Assembly: GCA_002633005.1 (NCBI GenBank)
Contig: NMRA01001009.1
Coordinates: 1-64,000 of the forward strand
Source: Phoronis australis
Lineage: Eukaryota > Animalia > Phoronida
Direction of reading: 5' to 3'
DNA: 64,000 nt
This document shows, one piece after another, positions 12,708-25,520 of the stretch (the stretch's first letter is position 1; each line of letters opens with the position of its first letter). The notes beneath the pieces are model-generated. The model saw only the letters and a list, made by a program, of their open reading frames with translations. It did not search any database and was not told the origin of the DNA. The translations under genes were made by a program, and so were the position numbers.

Positions 12708-13056
12708 GGATGACAAAGATTCGTTACCTTTAGTGAATAAGTCCACGAAGCCCCGTCGACCGAAAAAGAACAACTCTGACGGGACTGTGGAATGTGACTG
12801 TACCCCCTGTTGGCGGCGGTTGGGACTACACCGGTGGCCATGTGTCTGTCACCGTGTTTGGTTCGTGAAGGACGTATGCGGCATCATATGTGCCATATTT
12901 ACCTGGGGTCTGGTGCTCTACGCCGAGTTTGTTGTGATGAATGTGATGCTGTTGCCTATGAACTTTCCAGTGTACACAACGTTTAATGGAATTGTGTTTA
13001 ACGCGCTCGCATTCCTGGCGGTGGCCTCTCACTTGCGTGCAATGTTTACCGACCCA
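12708..13056 (+). CDS. ZDHHC3: ZDHHC3/7-like palmitoyltransferase exon 2 (Cys-rich N-terminus, TM1-TM2, ...AMFTDP)
   Basis: Pyrimidine tract + TTTCAG acceptor and CCA|GTAAGT donor. Translation includes WFVKDVCGIICAIFTWGLVLYAEFVV and FNALAFLAVASHLRAMFTDP, characteristic of ZDHHC3/7. The symbol is a best guess for the ZDHHC3/7 group. Confidence 0.93.
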
Positions 13057-15699
13057 GTAAGTATCAGTAGCCGAATTTGCAACTCGGCTGAACTATGCTT
13101 ATCTCTTGTAACTCACTGAACTTTTTTGCTTATCATGCTCACTCAACTTATATTTTTACATATGTTTGTTATCTCTACTAATTCATTGAACTTTTATTTA
13201 TCAAATATTCATCTTTAGGCCAAAAAGCTTTTGCTGAGGTGTTGCATGGAAATCCAGTGATCTGTTTCTTGATGAGGATTTTGTTTTTGATTTTAGACGT
13301 TGGATATGTACTTGGTGAATATTGTTTGAGGAAAAGCTAGATTCAGCAGAAAGTCAGCCGTGAGACAAATTTTTGTAAAAACTACAGAATTTACATAGTG
13401 TGGTTAAAGGTGACAATTTTAGAGAATTTCGTTTTTCTCAACAATCTACTAAATTTGTTTGTTGTTAACTTTGTCAGTGATTGTTAGGTGGCACTGCACA
13501 CAGTACATTTTTAAGGACCATCTATGACATTATCCTTCAATTAAAACTTTTGCATGTTTGTATACTACTTAGTATACATGAACAAACTCAAGGTGTAATA
13601 CTAGTTCATCATCCTGATAAATTTTCTAATATTAGATTAAAAGTCATGTTGAGTTTTTGGACTAGAGGTCATTAAGTCATATTTTCCAAGCCACATCACT
13701 CAAGCCTCGTTTTCGTTTTTAATCTGATTTTGCAGAAATTACTTTTTCGACACTTTTTCAGTAAAAAAGCTGTTAACTTTGCTAGACTATTGAGTGATCT
13801 TAAAAGTTAGGAATAATTAGGATTTTTTTTAAATGTATCTGGTCTTAAGATCCAGAAACATGTTTGATGGATAGCCATTTTAGAATTTAAGTATGTCTGG
13901 CTCTTCAAAAAATTGCTATTTTTTGCAAATTTTCAACGGGCTGATTTCATCCATTTTCAATGAGAAAGCGAGCAAAGGATATAACATGAGTGAATATGAA
14001 ACCAGTGTGATTTGGTAGTATTGACCAGTTTAGTACATTCATCAGTCAAGAGTTTGGCCTTTTGCCCAATTACTGGCCCATTGTACCTTTAGTGACTCGG
14101 TATACTTTGCACTATTTGGCGACTCAGCTGCAGTGATTACGCAGCAGGTTTGTAAAAAAGACACACAACAAACATCACGATTTGTGTACGTTAAGTGAAT
14201 TTGAATTTTTTTTTGTAATTTAGTAGAGGATTTTGGAACTATGGGAAGCCCAAGGAGGGGGGGTTGGGGATGTGTTTACTTCAGCCATTCTTCTACATAG
14301 TCTGGTGACAAATTCACTTCAAATTGGTAGTGATGGGGCAGTAGAGCCAAGGGTATGGGATAAGAGTGAAAGTGGTGATGATTGTGGAGGTTCCGGGGTG
14401 CGACTTTGGTCTCTCAACAAATTACAAAACGCGATTACATTCATACAGTGAGGTCTGCATGACAATATTGTGTTATTCAGATCAGCCCCTGAAATACACT
14501 TAGTCTATACCAGAGTAGAATATGCAAGTATAAAACATAAAACTTTTACTTTTTCAAACAGGCTTGGGTATGGGTTATGAAATAATCTCTTATTTGTGAT
14601 TTTTGTAAGAGTTGCATGCTAGTTATTTCAGCGACAATGCATTTTAGCCTAAAGAATTTTTGGCAGTGTTTGCTCGAGCGGCCGCACTGAAAGAATCCTG
14701 ACTGCATAAACCATTTTTTGCCATTTATGATATGGATTTTCTGAATGAGTGTGCTGCCTTTGTTTAATAATTCTCATATAACTGGTGTGAAAGAAAAAAG
14801 ATGTCCCCTTAGGCAATAGTCTGATATAACGTTCCCGTATTTTGAGAACCAGTTCGATGCCCGTTATTTAGTGGAGAAACCTGGTTCTCAAAATTCGAGC
14901 ACGCTATATGAGACCATTACCTCCCCTTGTATAAAACGTCCTACTTCCATTTACATAAACATGAGCATCCAGCTATTGCCCGTTATGGCTGCATTCAAAC
15001 ATTTGCAGGTACGGAACAGTAATCCTTGCTACAGAGGTTGGTGGTATAATGAGATGATATGACGAGATCTTATGTAAAAATGCTGGAGGATGTAAATGTT
15101 AAATCCAATCACCTTGGACTTTCTCAAACATGTGAAACTGGCATTTCTAGAAATTGTACATCTTGATGTCTGTCAAATAGTTATCTGATGAGTATTTTGT
15201 TAGTTTCTGAAGCTTCCACCCCTTGAGTGAAAAAGGTTCTTCTGTAAATTTCAACCCTTGCGGTAACAATGATTAAAAGTACAAATTAAATTTAACTTGT
15301 TAAATGCATTTATCGTCATTATTTTGACATTTGTCTCTTTATTTTGATACCAGTCCTTAGGGTTTATTTTGCATTACTCATCTCTATTTATAGCTTCAAG
15401 GGCCTACTTTTGTATTCTTACATTTCTCTACGCGACACCTGATTGGTCGTCCGTATTTCCTTTGTTCAGTTCAACGTGGTCTCTCTCATTCAGCCACCTA
15501 CCTCGTCGTCTACAAGACCTACGTTCGTTCATATTTTGTCTATTTTTCCTTCTTTTCATAGCAGAATAAACTCATGTGACGATATAAACTTCTGAACATA
15601 TTAAAATGTATGAACATACAACATCAAGAAAGAATTGTGAAACTTTAAACCTCGACAATCAAACAAGAGAAGAAGTTGTTGGAAGAACTTCCCAGTAAA

Positions 15700-16260
15700 A
15701 CAAACTGAGTATTAATCCAGATCTTCCAGAATGTCATGTAATTGTCTGGATCTTAAGATTTTTCCCTCCACTGTTTGTGTGCCTCCATTCCCAGTCCCAC
15801 AACCAACTTTAAAGGAGGCAGCCATGCAAAAAAAGAAGCCACTGATCTGAGCCTCTGCGCTAGTCATCTCTTTTAAAACGTTTTTTCTGGCCATTCTTCG
15901 TTAACCTCATCTTTTTAGACACGACTGCATAGTCTTGACACCAGTTCTTTGTCCAGCTGCAAACTTTCAGTGATGAACGCTTTCATGTCATGAGCATATC
16001 TGGAGCTTCGTTTGCCCTTGCGTAGAGCACACCTAGACTCAATTTCATTAGAAGTGGACCGTGGTCAACTCAAGTCGATAGAAGTGCTGATGCTCCAAAC
16101 GCAGTCGGGGCAGAAATCCATCAAATGGAGTTTCCCTCACTAGATCACACGTGTGTCTGTCAATGCCCAATGGAGCATTTATTTCACTCAAGGAACTTGG
16201 CATCCATGCACCGACCAATACACCAAACACGGCCACTCTAGCCGGGATGTGTTCACGCAA
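15700..16260 (-). pseudogene. Degenerate C-terminal part of a large invertebrate DNA-transposase-like protein (tentatively Sola3-like)
   Basis: Across frameshifts on the minus strand: VHGC...LGIDRH.C.LVRET.FD, then CALRKGKRSSRY...KAFITE/KFAAGQRTGVK...AEAQISGFF..MAA. This recalls the GWALK...RF...FL.EKF..G..TG.K...QI.SFFSR.AA tail of such proteins. Family label is from memory only. Confidence 0.5.
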
Positions 16261-17839
16261 AACCTGGTCACTCACATTACAGGTAGATCGTAAATGTTCT
16301 GCTGCATTTCCTGTGCAGCTTCCCATTTTTGTGGAGACCTCTGTGTGCAAGTATTTTCATGGAGACTCGCTTTAAAACTGCACATCACAACAGTCAATCT
16401 CCACGGACAGGAAGCTCGGTTGTGCAAGAACTTGGAATCCTGCTCAATCTCAAGATCACATATGCGTGAACTTGGAATACACCATGAAACTTGTAAAGTT
16501 CACATAAATAATCACGTTCACTCTGATAAAAATTTGACTGCACTAAAGCAAATTGCATGTTACTAAAGCAATATATATTTTAATCATTCAATCTGTTTTC
16601 AACTATTGACTGTCTTATTCACCAAACAAATAATTAATCACCATTCACATATTCCTCTAATTCTGTGAAAACCAAAAATTGTGCATTTTCAGTTGACTTT
16701 CTATGCACGAAATCAAAAAAGACCAGTCAGACTTGACCTTTGTTATTGTAACTTTCATTCATCGTCTACGAATTTCAAGAGTCATTTTGTTACTGGTTGC
16801 TTATTGTCCTTACCAATGAGTTTGGGTGCTTAAATTAGGTGGTACTGCAAAACGAATGCCCCCACGAAGGGGGTAATTTAATTTGAAAATTCTATTTTTG
16901 GACTGGGGCTTGAATATTACACATGCCTACAAGGAATCGAATATCAATCCCTTATCTTCACGGATTAGTCCTGTTACCAAAAGAGGTCATTTTTAAGCTG
17001 AAATTTTTGCATGTTTCAAATAAAAATTCCAGGAGGTAAAATAGTAAATGGAGAGTTCAATGAATGTACTAGGTATGGTTTGAGGTGATATAAATCTACT
17101 GGTAAAGTTTCAGTCAATTCTCTGATGGGTCATGTAGAATTTTTTTGTTTCCATGTGTTGTACAAGAAATAATGCTAGTTAAGTTAGGTGCATGAAGTCT
17201 GTGCATTATACAAATTAATGTAGGGTAATAGTCTTCATCAGTTAATGGTTAACGGTTTAAGTGACTTAACTGTAGCTGAGAATGTCTGTTGAAACTGTCT
17301 GTTAGGAGTCCAGTTTGTATTACAAGTTCACATGAGATCCACTTGCAGTGCTGTGGATAACAATTTCAACTCTTGTGATCATAAAACAATTAAAAGAGAA
17401 AGCAACCTTTTTTCATGTCGTTTTTAGTAAAAATAGAGTCCGTTGATTATCTCAGACATATTTTTCATTTAATAAACAGCTTCCCCTAACTTAATTCATT
17501 AGTCGTGCCTTATTCCGGAAGTGATGCTTCGGAGCTTTAGAATTTCTTGCCCTGTTGTTTCTGCCTTTGAATTTGCTGTGAGGATCTGTAAAGTTCTCCT
17601 GTTGGTTTCGTGCTGGTTTTCTAAAATTGTCGTCACCACTTCCCATCTACGAGTATTCTACGACAAACTAGGTTGTTGGAGAATTCAATTACATTGGATT
17701 TAGGGATTGTTTAGTTTCTAGCAGCCTGAAAATGGCTAGAGTTGGTGATCCATGTCACATACACAGTGACGTGAGTGACGGAGACAGTGTTTGAAGCACT
17801 GGTGACGAGGAATTTTTTCGCAAACAGTCGGTGGATGGA

Positions 17840-19130
17840 CATATGTTTGATCCCAGGTGCAGTGAGGCACTTCCATTGGATGGTGACCTGAGCACTAAAA
17901 CAGCTTACATCACACCGTGTGACTCCCTCGCCACAAACCTGGCACTTCTAAATAGCTCCAATATTTTAGTCATGTTCACAATAAACTTATCAAAGTTTGG
18001 CTCACCGGCCTGTTCACTATACGACGAATTATCATCCTCACTGGGTGTTGAACTAGGCCTATATTCACTCCCATTACTCTATATCGCTGCAGGGCTGCTT
18101 ACAGGGTCTGGGCTGGCGGCAACACCAACACAGGGTGAATAACTGCTAGTTCTCGCAGTTGCATACTCTGGGAGTATGTTTGGAAGCACGGGTGACATCC
18201 CTGAAGGGCCTCGAGTCACTGTGGAGGCCAAACCACAGCTCAGAAGGCTTTCGCTTCAAAAATGAATTTCTCGGGGGTGGCGACAGCCAGCACTGCCGGG
18301 AATCAACAGCGGCGTTACGATACCCTTCTTGAGGCGTTTTGTAGGAACCTCCATCAAATCTGACGATAGAAAATGCTTTCCACGCACTCGGTTATTCTCC
18401 ACTGCTGTGTACGTTGTGTGGACTGGTACCAGGCCTTTATCCAGGATTTTGAAAATAGGGTGTCCAAAATGGGGTTCCGAATATTCCAAGGCGTCCATGA
18501 TTCCGACGCGTAACCCTCCACCCCCAGCAATACCCCCAAACACACAGATTTTTTACAAAAAAATGCATAGATCAAGGTTTTTACATCTAAGTTATAAAAC
18601 AGCCTTCTATGGTGAGCATTTTTACTAAAAAAACTGTGTAGACCAAGACTTTTACAATGCTGTCAATCAAGTGTCAAAATAGCAACAATGCATATACTTT
18701 GTATATGCATTGTATATTTCTTCCTGCTTTGAAAAAAGAGCCCCCACTGTGCGCCTTCAGACGCTTCCTAGTATTCATTACAATGTGTGAGCCCAAACTT
18801 GAAAGGTTCCTATTGACAGTGGGCGTCCAAATGATACATTGGGCGTCCAAATGATACATTGGGCGTCCAGAATAGTGTCCAGATTAGTGCTAGGGCGTCC
18901 ATTTGGGTCCAAATGATACATTGAGCGTCCTTGCCAGGACGTCCAGATTAGTGCTACGTACGCTGCATAAAGGCCTGACGGGTACATGTAACACTGCATT
19001 CTTCACACGAATGAGTCAAGTATGGCGAAGTGTGTCATCCATCGGAAAGGGGTGTAATGGCATTGCCAAAGTGAGCGTGAGACAATAATGAGGAGACCCT
19101 GATACGCAGCTACCATACAGCATGTTGACT
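17840..19130 (-). pseudogene. THAP-domain (Kolobok-like) transposase pseudogene interrupted by a MITE
   Basis: Minus strand: LHPFPMDDTLRHT*LIRVK-like THAP N-half (~18990-19070), then RVRGKHFLSSD...KRLKKGIV (THAP C-half, ~18310-18400), then an acidic linker and KFIVNMTKILELF...C...VTIQWKC. Multiple stops and frameshifts. Confidence 0.65.
18430..18977 (+). mobile_element. hAT-type MITE with 11 bp TIRs and an 8 bp TSD
   Basis: CAGGCCTTTAT...ATAAAGGCCTG termini; flanks ACTGGTAC and ACGGGTAC (7/8 match); internal GGGCGTCCA subrepeats. Confidence 0.88.
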
Positions 19131-22100
19131 GACTTGTAAACAAATGCAGACCACTAGCGAACTTATCACAGACTCGAGATAAAACAATGACTGACTCGGC
19201 AGCTCACATAGTCAGACTGCATGAAAACAAACTGGCGAGAAATTCTAAACCCTCTAAGCATCACGACTAATTAATAAAATTACAGGAAGTCATAATTAAC
19301 TGAAAAATATGTCTGGAATTATTAAAAATGACACGAAAAAGGTTGTTTTCTCGTTTAAAGCGCATTGCGAGGGACAAGTGGTGAAAGCCAAGTATGTTAC
19401 TCAGTGTCCGGATATCTTTTGTTTTCTCTATTTTTTTTGATAAGATACCCACCAAAATTGTATGCTGTCATATGAGTCTCTCCAAAGTTCTTGAAGATGT
19501 GAAATTAGATAAATCTCAGCCCTAACTCTCCTTTTTGTTTGCAGCTCAAATTTTGCTATAAGAACCATTGAAAAACTTCCAGAGTTGGCTAAAACTTTAG
19601 CGAATCAGCTGTCCCTGACAGGGTCATTTTTGCAATTAGTTCGTTTCCTCACATGGCATGCATGTCCTTTGTAGTAAAGCGGTCTGGCTTCAAAAGTTTT
19701 GGGCTACTAAGCAAAAGTGCTATCAAAAACACTAGTGTCTTAGCCAACACTTTTGAAACAGGGAAGTAACCTTGCCTTTCACTCTATAATAACCAGTTAT
19801 CACCTTCATATTTTTGAAGCAACAGGAAATGTATGGTTTTCCTTTCTTAATGAACACTGAAGGAACACTAACAGGAAGTTGTATATATATGGCCTAATAG
19901 ATCATGTGCGTATGCCTGCTTAGTTAGAACCTTGATGTACATGCAAAGGTGTGCCTTAATTGGGCATGCAAAACAGTTGAGGGAATTCAAGGAGCATAAT
20001 TTGAAGATAACAAAAGGGAATCTTGATTTATCAGTTAACAATTGATTTTCATGCGTATTATTTTATTACATTTAAGTACAAAAATTGGATACAATACGTA
20101 CAAAAATTCCTAGTTTGATACATTTACATATTGGAGGAATAGCTGCCTACACCTTTAAGTGAAGCTTAGTGGATAATCAGTTTGGTAAACATTTTCATTG
20201 AAATACGTTATCATGTCCTTATATGGGTAAACTCAAGGAGAACATTTTGAAGTAACATATAAATGTACATTTTATAAAACCATCGACATTTAGGTGTATT
20301 TAGTATACATAGCTATTTAAATAAAAAAATATTGGACATGAGACGTGGAAATTTCCCGGTTTACAATTGGAATATACCTTGAATATCAATCTACTCTAAA
20401 AGTCTCATAGTGAAACTTGCACAATCAGTTTAATAAACAATTTTCTTTGAGACAATGTCAATATTTTTGACTCAGGCACATGAAATGAAATACAGGCTGA
20501 TGCCAAATAAAATGAGCTTGAATTGTCTTTACCACTGTTAAAATGTTCTAAAGCTGTATTAGGAAATTGGTTGAAGAATTGTTTTTACAAGAAGTTGATG
20601 TATTTTGCGTAAGCAGGAAGAGTTGCCTGGTAGGTGGGCTACTGGTCATAAATAATGCAATTCATTAAACATGAATATTCATATTACATGGTTCAGGTTG
20701 TTATTTATGGTGGAGAGCATGTTGTTTTTTTCTGAGTGATTGTTCATATGTCTGTTAAACTGGCAGCTAATGGCATTTTGAGGACTATCCCAAGTTTGTT
20801 TTAATCCTAATGTTATACTTAACTCAGTTCTTCATTGAATTTATTGTTAAGCACTAAGTTTCCTTTAAAAGTTATTGACAAGGTTATTGACCACTTGTTT
20901 GGCTTGCTAAAACTATTTCAAAGTGATTTCAATTTTCTAATGTTTCATCCAAAAGTACCGAAATATGGTTTCAACACATCTATTAATTCAGGTCTGCGGT
21001 GAAATCTGTTTGTTTCCTGTCTGTCTTTGTTGTTTTACCTGCGAAATGATTCTTGGTACGTATTCGTGGCTTGAAGTGATTAGGTTGACACCAAGAAATG
21101 AAAAATTTAGTCTTCGTGGTCTTTGCTTTATTAACAGTGTTGGATTACATGGTAAGTTTTCTTGGGTGCCTAAGCTACATGAAGTCTCAGACCCAATGAT
21201 TTAAGCTGCCGTCAGTTGTCACAACTCCCCCATGTAGCTGACAGAACTTTGTAGAGACCCTGCTGTGACTACAAGATGTCACATAGACCTACGTACAGTA
21301 CCCTAAGCTACAGCTTAGTAGCTATTTTGTAAGAGAGAAACCTACTCTGATTATGGTTAGCAATTCACACCCCAAGTTCTGTGTCAATGCAACACTTTAA
21401 CAAGTTGGGAGGAAGGTTAAAGATTAAGTCTACTGATCTGTCATTAATTATATCACACGTTCCCCTTATGATTTTTTTAGTAATTTAGTAAAAAGAAAGG
21501 CACATTCTTAGCAAAGTAACAGTTATGAATTTCCTTTGATATTATTATTGAAGATGATATCTGAGAAACCCGTCGCCGTCTTCCTTTTCATTTTCGTGGA
21601 ACTTTTGAATTTTTTCATGAAAAATCGTCAAGTTCCAAATTTTGATAGCGCCTTATTCAAAAGTAAGTCAATTCCTATTGGTGTTTTGGTGAACAGTGCA
21701 TTATGGTCTTTCTTTGTTACGTTAGCGCATTCACCTCATTTTGCACACTTAAAGTTATTTGGAAAATACTGCTTTGTCATCACTTATTTCACACGAGGCC
21801 AAAGGGTGGTACTTGGTAGCCTCACGTAATTTCCATGTGGTCAGTTTTGCAGACAAAGCCCTATGGTCAGTCCTAGTAATACACACCTTTGTGACGGATA
21901 AGCAAACCAGGATATCTCATGCTGTATCAAACTTGTGGTGAAAGGGTTTGTTGTTAATGCTTGGTTACTTAATAAATTTCTCAGGCTTGTCGTTGACAAA
22001 GTCTGTATATTCGGTTAATTTCATGCACTTCTACTAGATTATCACAAAAAGTACATGTCATTTGTTTTGTGTGAAATCAGTTGAAGAATTATTGTAATTC

Positions 22101-22923
22101 GTACCAACTGTAAGTTTCAGTTGAATCCTATTGGTCACTTTTGAGATTTATTTTCCATGTAGACAAATTTTGATGCTTTTCTATGGTTATTATGTCATTA
22201 GAGATGATGGATCCTAAATTCTCTTGCACTTGGGCAGGGGCAGGTTAGTTCAATCTATTTTCCATTCACGTATCAAGTTTGTCTGGACCCAGAATCTGCG
22301 ATGCAATGTTCCTTCGCCTTCAAACTTAATGATGGTATCTGTCTTGATGATTCTAGGCTGGCACGTCATGGCAACACATATCCACTTACCATCATTTTCA
22401 CCTGAATCATTTTGCAGGCGTCTTTGCTCTTTGATATATTTCAAGATGGTTTTGAGGTTGCTAAGTTTGGGCAGATCTCGTTGCTTGGTTTTGAGAGAAA
22501 TCTTACAAAAGTTGCAAATCGTTTTCAATCTTTGTGAAGTCCAGTACACATTTTATCAAGTTACTTTTTAATTGCTCAATGTTAACATTTAAAGGTTTAA
22601 TTTTGTAGATTCTCAATAACTGAAAACATTTCATGCCTTGTTAGATCGTCCTGCTGAGACGTCCTTAACTTTGATTTTAAGTTACACGTAGTTCGTTAAC
22701 AGTGCTGGTAAAGGCATTCATTAACTCTGGAGTAATTATCAATCTCAATTAGCTACAACGTTTTTGCTATTCTGAAAGTACACTGTTGCGTTAGCAATCA
22801 TGCGCCTAGGACCATGTTAGTTTGGACCTTTGATGAAACGGAGCCCACAATCAAACCTGACTTGCAGTTGGTGTCAGTAATATGCTCTTGCTCAAGATAC
22901 CAACATTGTTTCCAATGCATTAT

Positions 22924-23058
22924 TGTAATGTTACTGCTGTAATGTTACCGTTGTAATGTTACCGCTGAAATGTTACCGCTGTAATGTAACCGCTGTAATG
23001 TTACCGCTGAAATGTTACCGCTGTAATGTTGCCGCTGTAATGTTGCCGCTGTAATGTT
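22924..23058. repeat. 14 bp tandem repeat (TGTAATGTTACCGC) just upstream of exon 3
   Basis: About 10 copies, ending at a single N (23059). Confidence 0.92.
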
Positions 23059-23109
23059 NGTATGTATGCTGTCGTATAATATGCTGACATTTTCCATGTA
23101 TCTTTACAG

Positions 23110-23234
23110 GGTGTAGTGCCTAAGGGCAATGCAACGAAGGAGAATATAATGAAGTTGGGTCTACGTGAGGGCCAGGTGGTGTTCAAGTGCCCCAAGTGTG
23201 TTAGTATAAAGCCAGAGAGGGCTCACCATTGTAG
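23110..23234 (+). CDS. ZDHHC3: ZDHHC3/7-like exon 3 ([42 protein letters not shown])
   Basis: TTTACAG acceptor and AG|GTAAGT donor; phase 0 to phase 2; completes the DPG motif and starts the DHHC cysteine-rich domain. Confidence 0.95.
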
Positions 23235-23655
23235 GTAAGTCATCAAACATCCCAATTGTGTTAGTGTAAAGACAGAGGGTCCACTGTTGTAGGTAAGTCA
23301 TCTAGTGCCAAAGTGTGTTAGTATAAAGACAGAGAGGGTCCATGGTTGTAGGTAAGTCTTCTAGTGTGCATAGTGTGTTAGTGTAAAGACAGAGAGGGTC
23401 CATGGTTGTAGGTAAGTCTTCTAGTGTGCATAGTGTGTTAGTGTAAAGACAGAGAGGGTACATGGTTGTAGGTAAGTCTTCTAGTGTGCATAGTGTGTTA
23501 GTGTAAAGACAGAGAGGGTACATGGTTGTAGGTTAGTCTTCTAGTGCGCAAAATGTGTTGGTCTAAAGACAGAGATGGTCCGCCATTGGAGGTAATTCAT
23601 CAAGTACACCAGGTGTGTTTGTGAGAAGACAAGAGAAGGTCCACCATTGTAGGAT
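23235..23655 (+). repeat. ~60 bp tandem array derived from the exon 3 3' end and its 5' splice site
   Basis: Units (...AGTGTGTTAGTRTAAAGACAGAGAGGGTCCATGGTTGTAG|GTAAGT) match the exon end (AAGTGTGTTAGTATAAAGCCAGAGAGGGCTCACCATTGTAG|GTAAGT); about 7 copies. Confidence 0.95.
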
Positions 23656-23885
23656 TGTTCACCTAGTGCTTGAGGGTACTACTAAACATGACTATCAGTG
23701 TCTTATCCTAGTTGTGTGTAGTTTTGCTCGTTCACCTAGTTCCCGAGGGTACCTATAAACATCACTGTCAGTGTTTTATCTCGGTTATTGGTAGTTTGGC
23801 TGGCTAAATATTACTGACGATGGTTCGCCAAGTTCTTGAGGATACAACTAAACATGACTGTCGGTGTCTTATCCTGGTTCTGTAC
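23655..23885. repeat. Three diverged tandem copies of a ~75-90 bp unit (GTTCACCTAGT...GAGGGTAC...TAAACATGACTRTCAGTGTCTTATCCT)
   Basis: Recurrent blocks at ~23657, ~23730 and ~23823. Confidence 0.75.
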
Positions 23886-25177
23886 TTTCCCTGGGTAGAT
23901 GTGACTGTGGTTTTCCAATCTCAATCTTACCAGAGATAGTTCTTTTTATGACTTATATTTATTCTCATTGTTACTCCACAGTAATTGTTTTTTCTAACCC
24001 TTCTTCCTTATTATCTCTGAAAAAATGAGCTTTGCGAATACATGATCTTTAGTTCATCACAGACATACACTGAACATAAAATGCTTAATATTTTTATTCG
24101 TGCCAAAGATGATTCAATTGTCATTATTGGCCTCTAGAACCAGCCTGCCCGCTAGTGGTTATTGCCGTCTGCAATGGAAGGGGCCTCAAATTCAAATCTA
24201 GCTTAGAGCCAGCCTAAGGTTAAGACCAGTCCTTTAAGCAAGCATAATGTATTTAAAGAGGGAGTGTGCAGTCTATCTGACTATTTTCGTGGATGTGACC
24301 ATGACTGTTTCTTAGCTTCTGAAGTAAAAGGAGGCATATTTTTCTTTGTTGGCCTAGATGAAAAATCACCTAGATGTTGAGTGTTGAGCTTAAATGCTTA
24401 CTAACTTAGGGCCTTTGATTTAGTGCAGTGGTACTAATACATTGCTTACATATGGTGTTATAACAATGTCTTTACAGTTGTTGCTAAAACTGTCCCTTTT
24501 CATTTCCCAAAGTCTTCTAATGTGGTTGTGATTGTCCAGAATTTTTCAAAATTGTGATTGATGCCAGCTTATCAATGAAATAATTTAGAATTTATTTGGT
24601 ATGTTGTGTCCTAAATTAGCTAGCGAGATTTTACCTTTGTCGCATATTTTGTTGCTAATTGGTTGACAAGACTATGTGCGTAGGTCGCTGTTAAGATGTT
24701 TAATTTTGTGCATATTGATGTAAGATAATTGACATTTTACCATCCATATTCTCATGGACTAGGGTACTTAAAACCTCACATTAAGTTGTTTTATTGTTCT
24801 ATGACGTCAAGCCTATTGTATGACAGTTACAGCGTGATGCTAATGACATTGTTGTGTTTGGTGTATCTAATTACTGCAACTATCATCAGTGTCGTTTTGT
24901 CCTAGACCTCTGCCATTGAGCAAACATCAGCTTGTCACTAGCAGTATGTCCATGTTGAACACTGCTGCATTAAATTGCCAACGAAACAAGAGAGAAAAGT
25001 GAAGAATCTGACTTGTTGGTTTAAAAAATTTATGTTTGTATTTGTCGTTATTCTTTGTCGTTTGTCACTTGTGTTTACCAAGAATAACAAAAAGAAGACC
25101 ATGTCATTGCACAGTATTTGTCAAGCACCTTGTCGTTTACGCATTTGGCATCTGTCCTGCTCATCTCACCAAACTGT

Positions 25178-25510
25178 TTTTATGCGCCCATCATATTTAT
25201 ATGCAGTTGCATATTGCCGTCATCTCTGCCTGGGCGTCTGGCGTCTGCAGCTGTATCTCTTAAACCCCTCACAGGATCTTGATGAGATTAGGCAGATGTG
25301 TCCCTATAAAGCTGGCGACGAATGATGACGAATTTTGGACCTATCCAAGTACTGCTGTGCAGCGTAGTGGCAATTTCATTTTTTAGCATTGTCTCTGTTT
25401 ATTTGGATGGATTTCTATGAAATTTAGCAAATAGGTTTCTATTAAGTAGGCAACAACACCTTTCCATTTTGGAATGGCTCTTGGCAATTGTGCACCACCT
25501 AGTGGACATT
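25178..25510 (+). mobile_element. 5' fragment of a Helentron-associated (HINE/DINE-1-like) element
   Basis: Starts TTTTATGCGCCCATCATATTTATATG..., homologous to 28263 and 35640; ends near GCACCACCTAGTGG. Confidence 0.7.
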
Positions 25511-25520
25511 TATAAAGTTT

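Noticed and set aside
12592-13119. 175 aa ORF as a standalone gene
   Set aside because: Only 12708-13056 is exonic; the flanks are intron read-through.
14673-14685. XhoI-NotI sequence CTCGAGCGGCCGC as vector contamination
   Set aside because: Only 13 bp, with no flanking polylinker or vector sequence.
22250-22549. 99 aa minus-strand ORF in intron 2
   Set aside because: No motif or splice support recognised.
24145-24215. tRNA gene candidates (A/B-box-like motifs here and at ~31465-31530)
   Set aside because: No cloverleaf could be folded; at most decayed tRNA-derived SINE heads.
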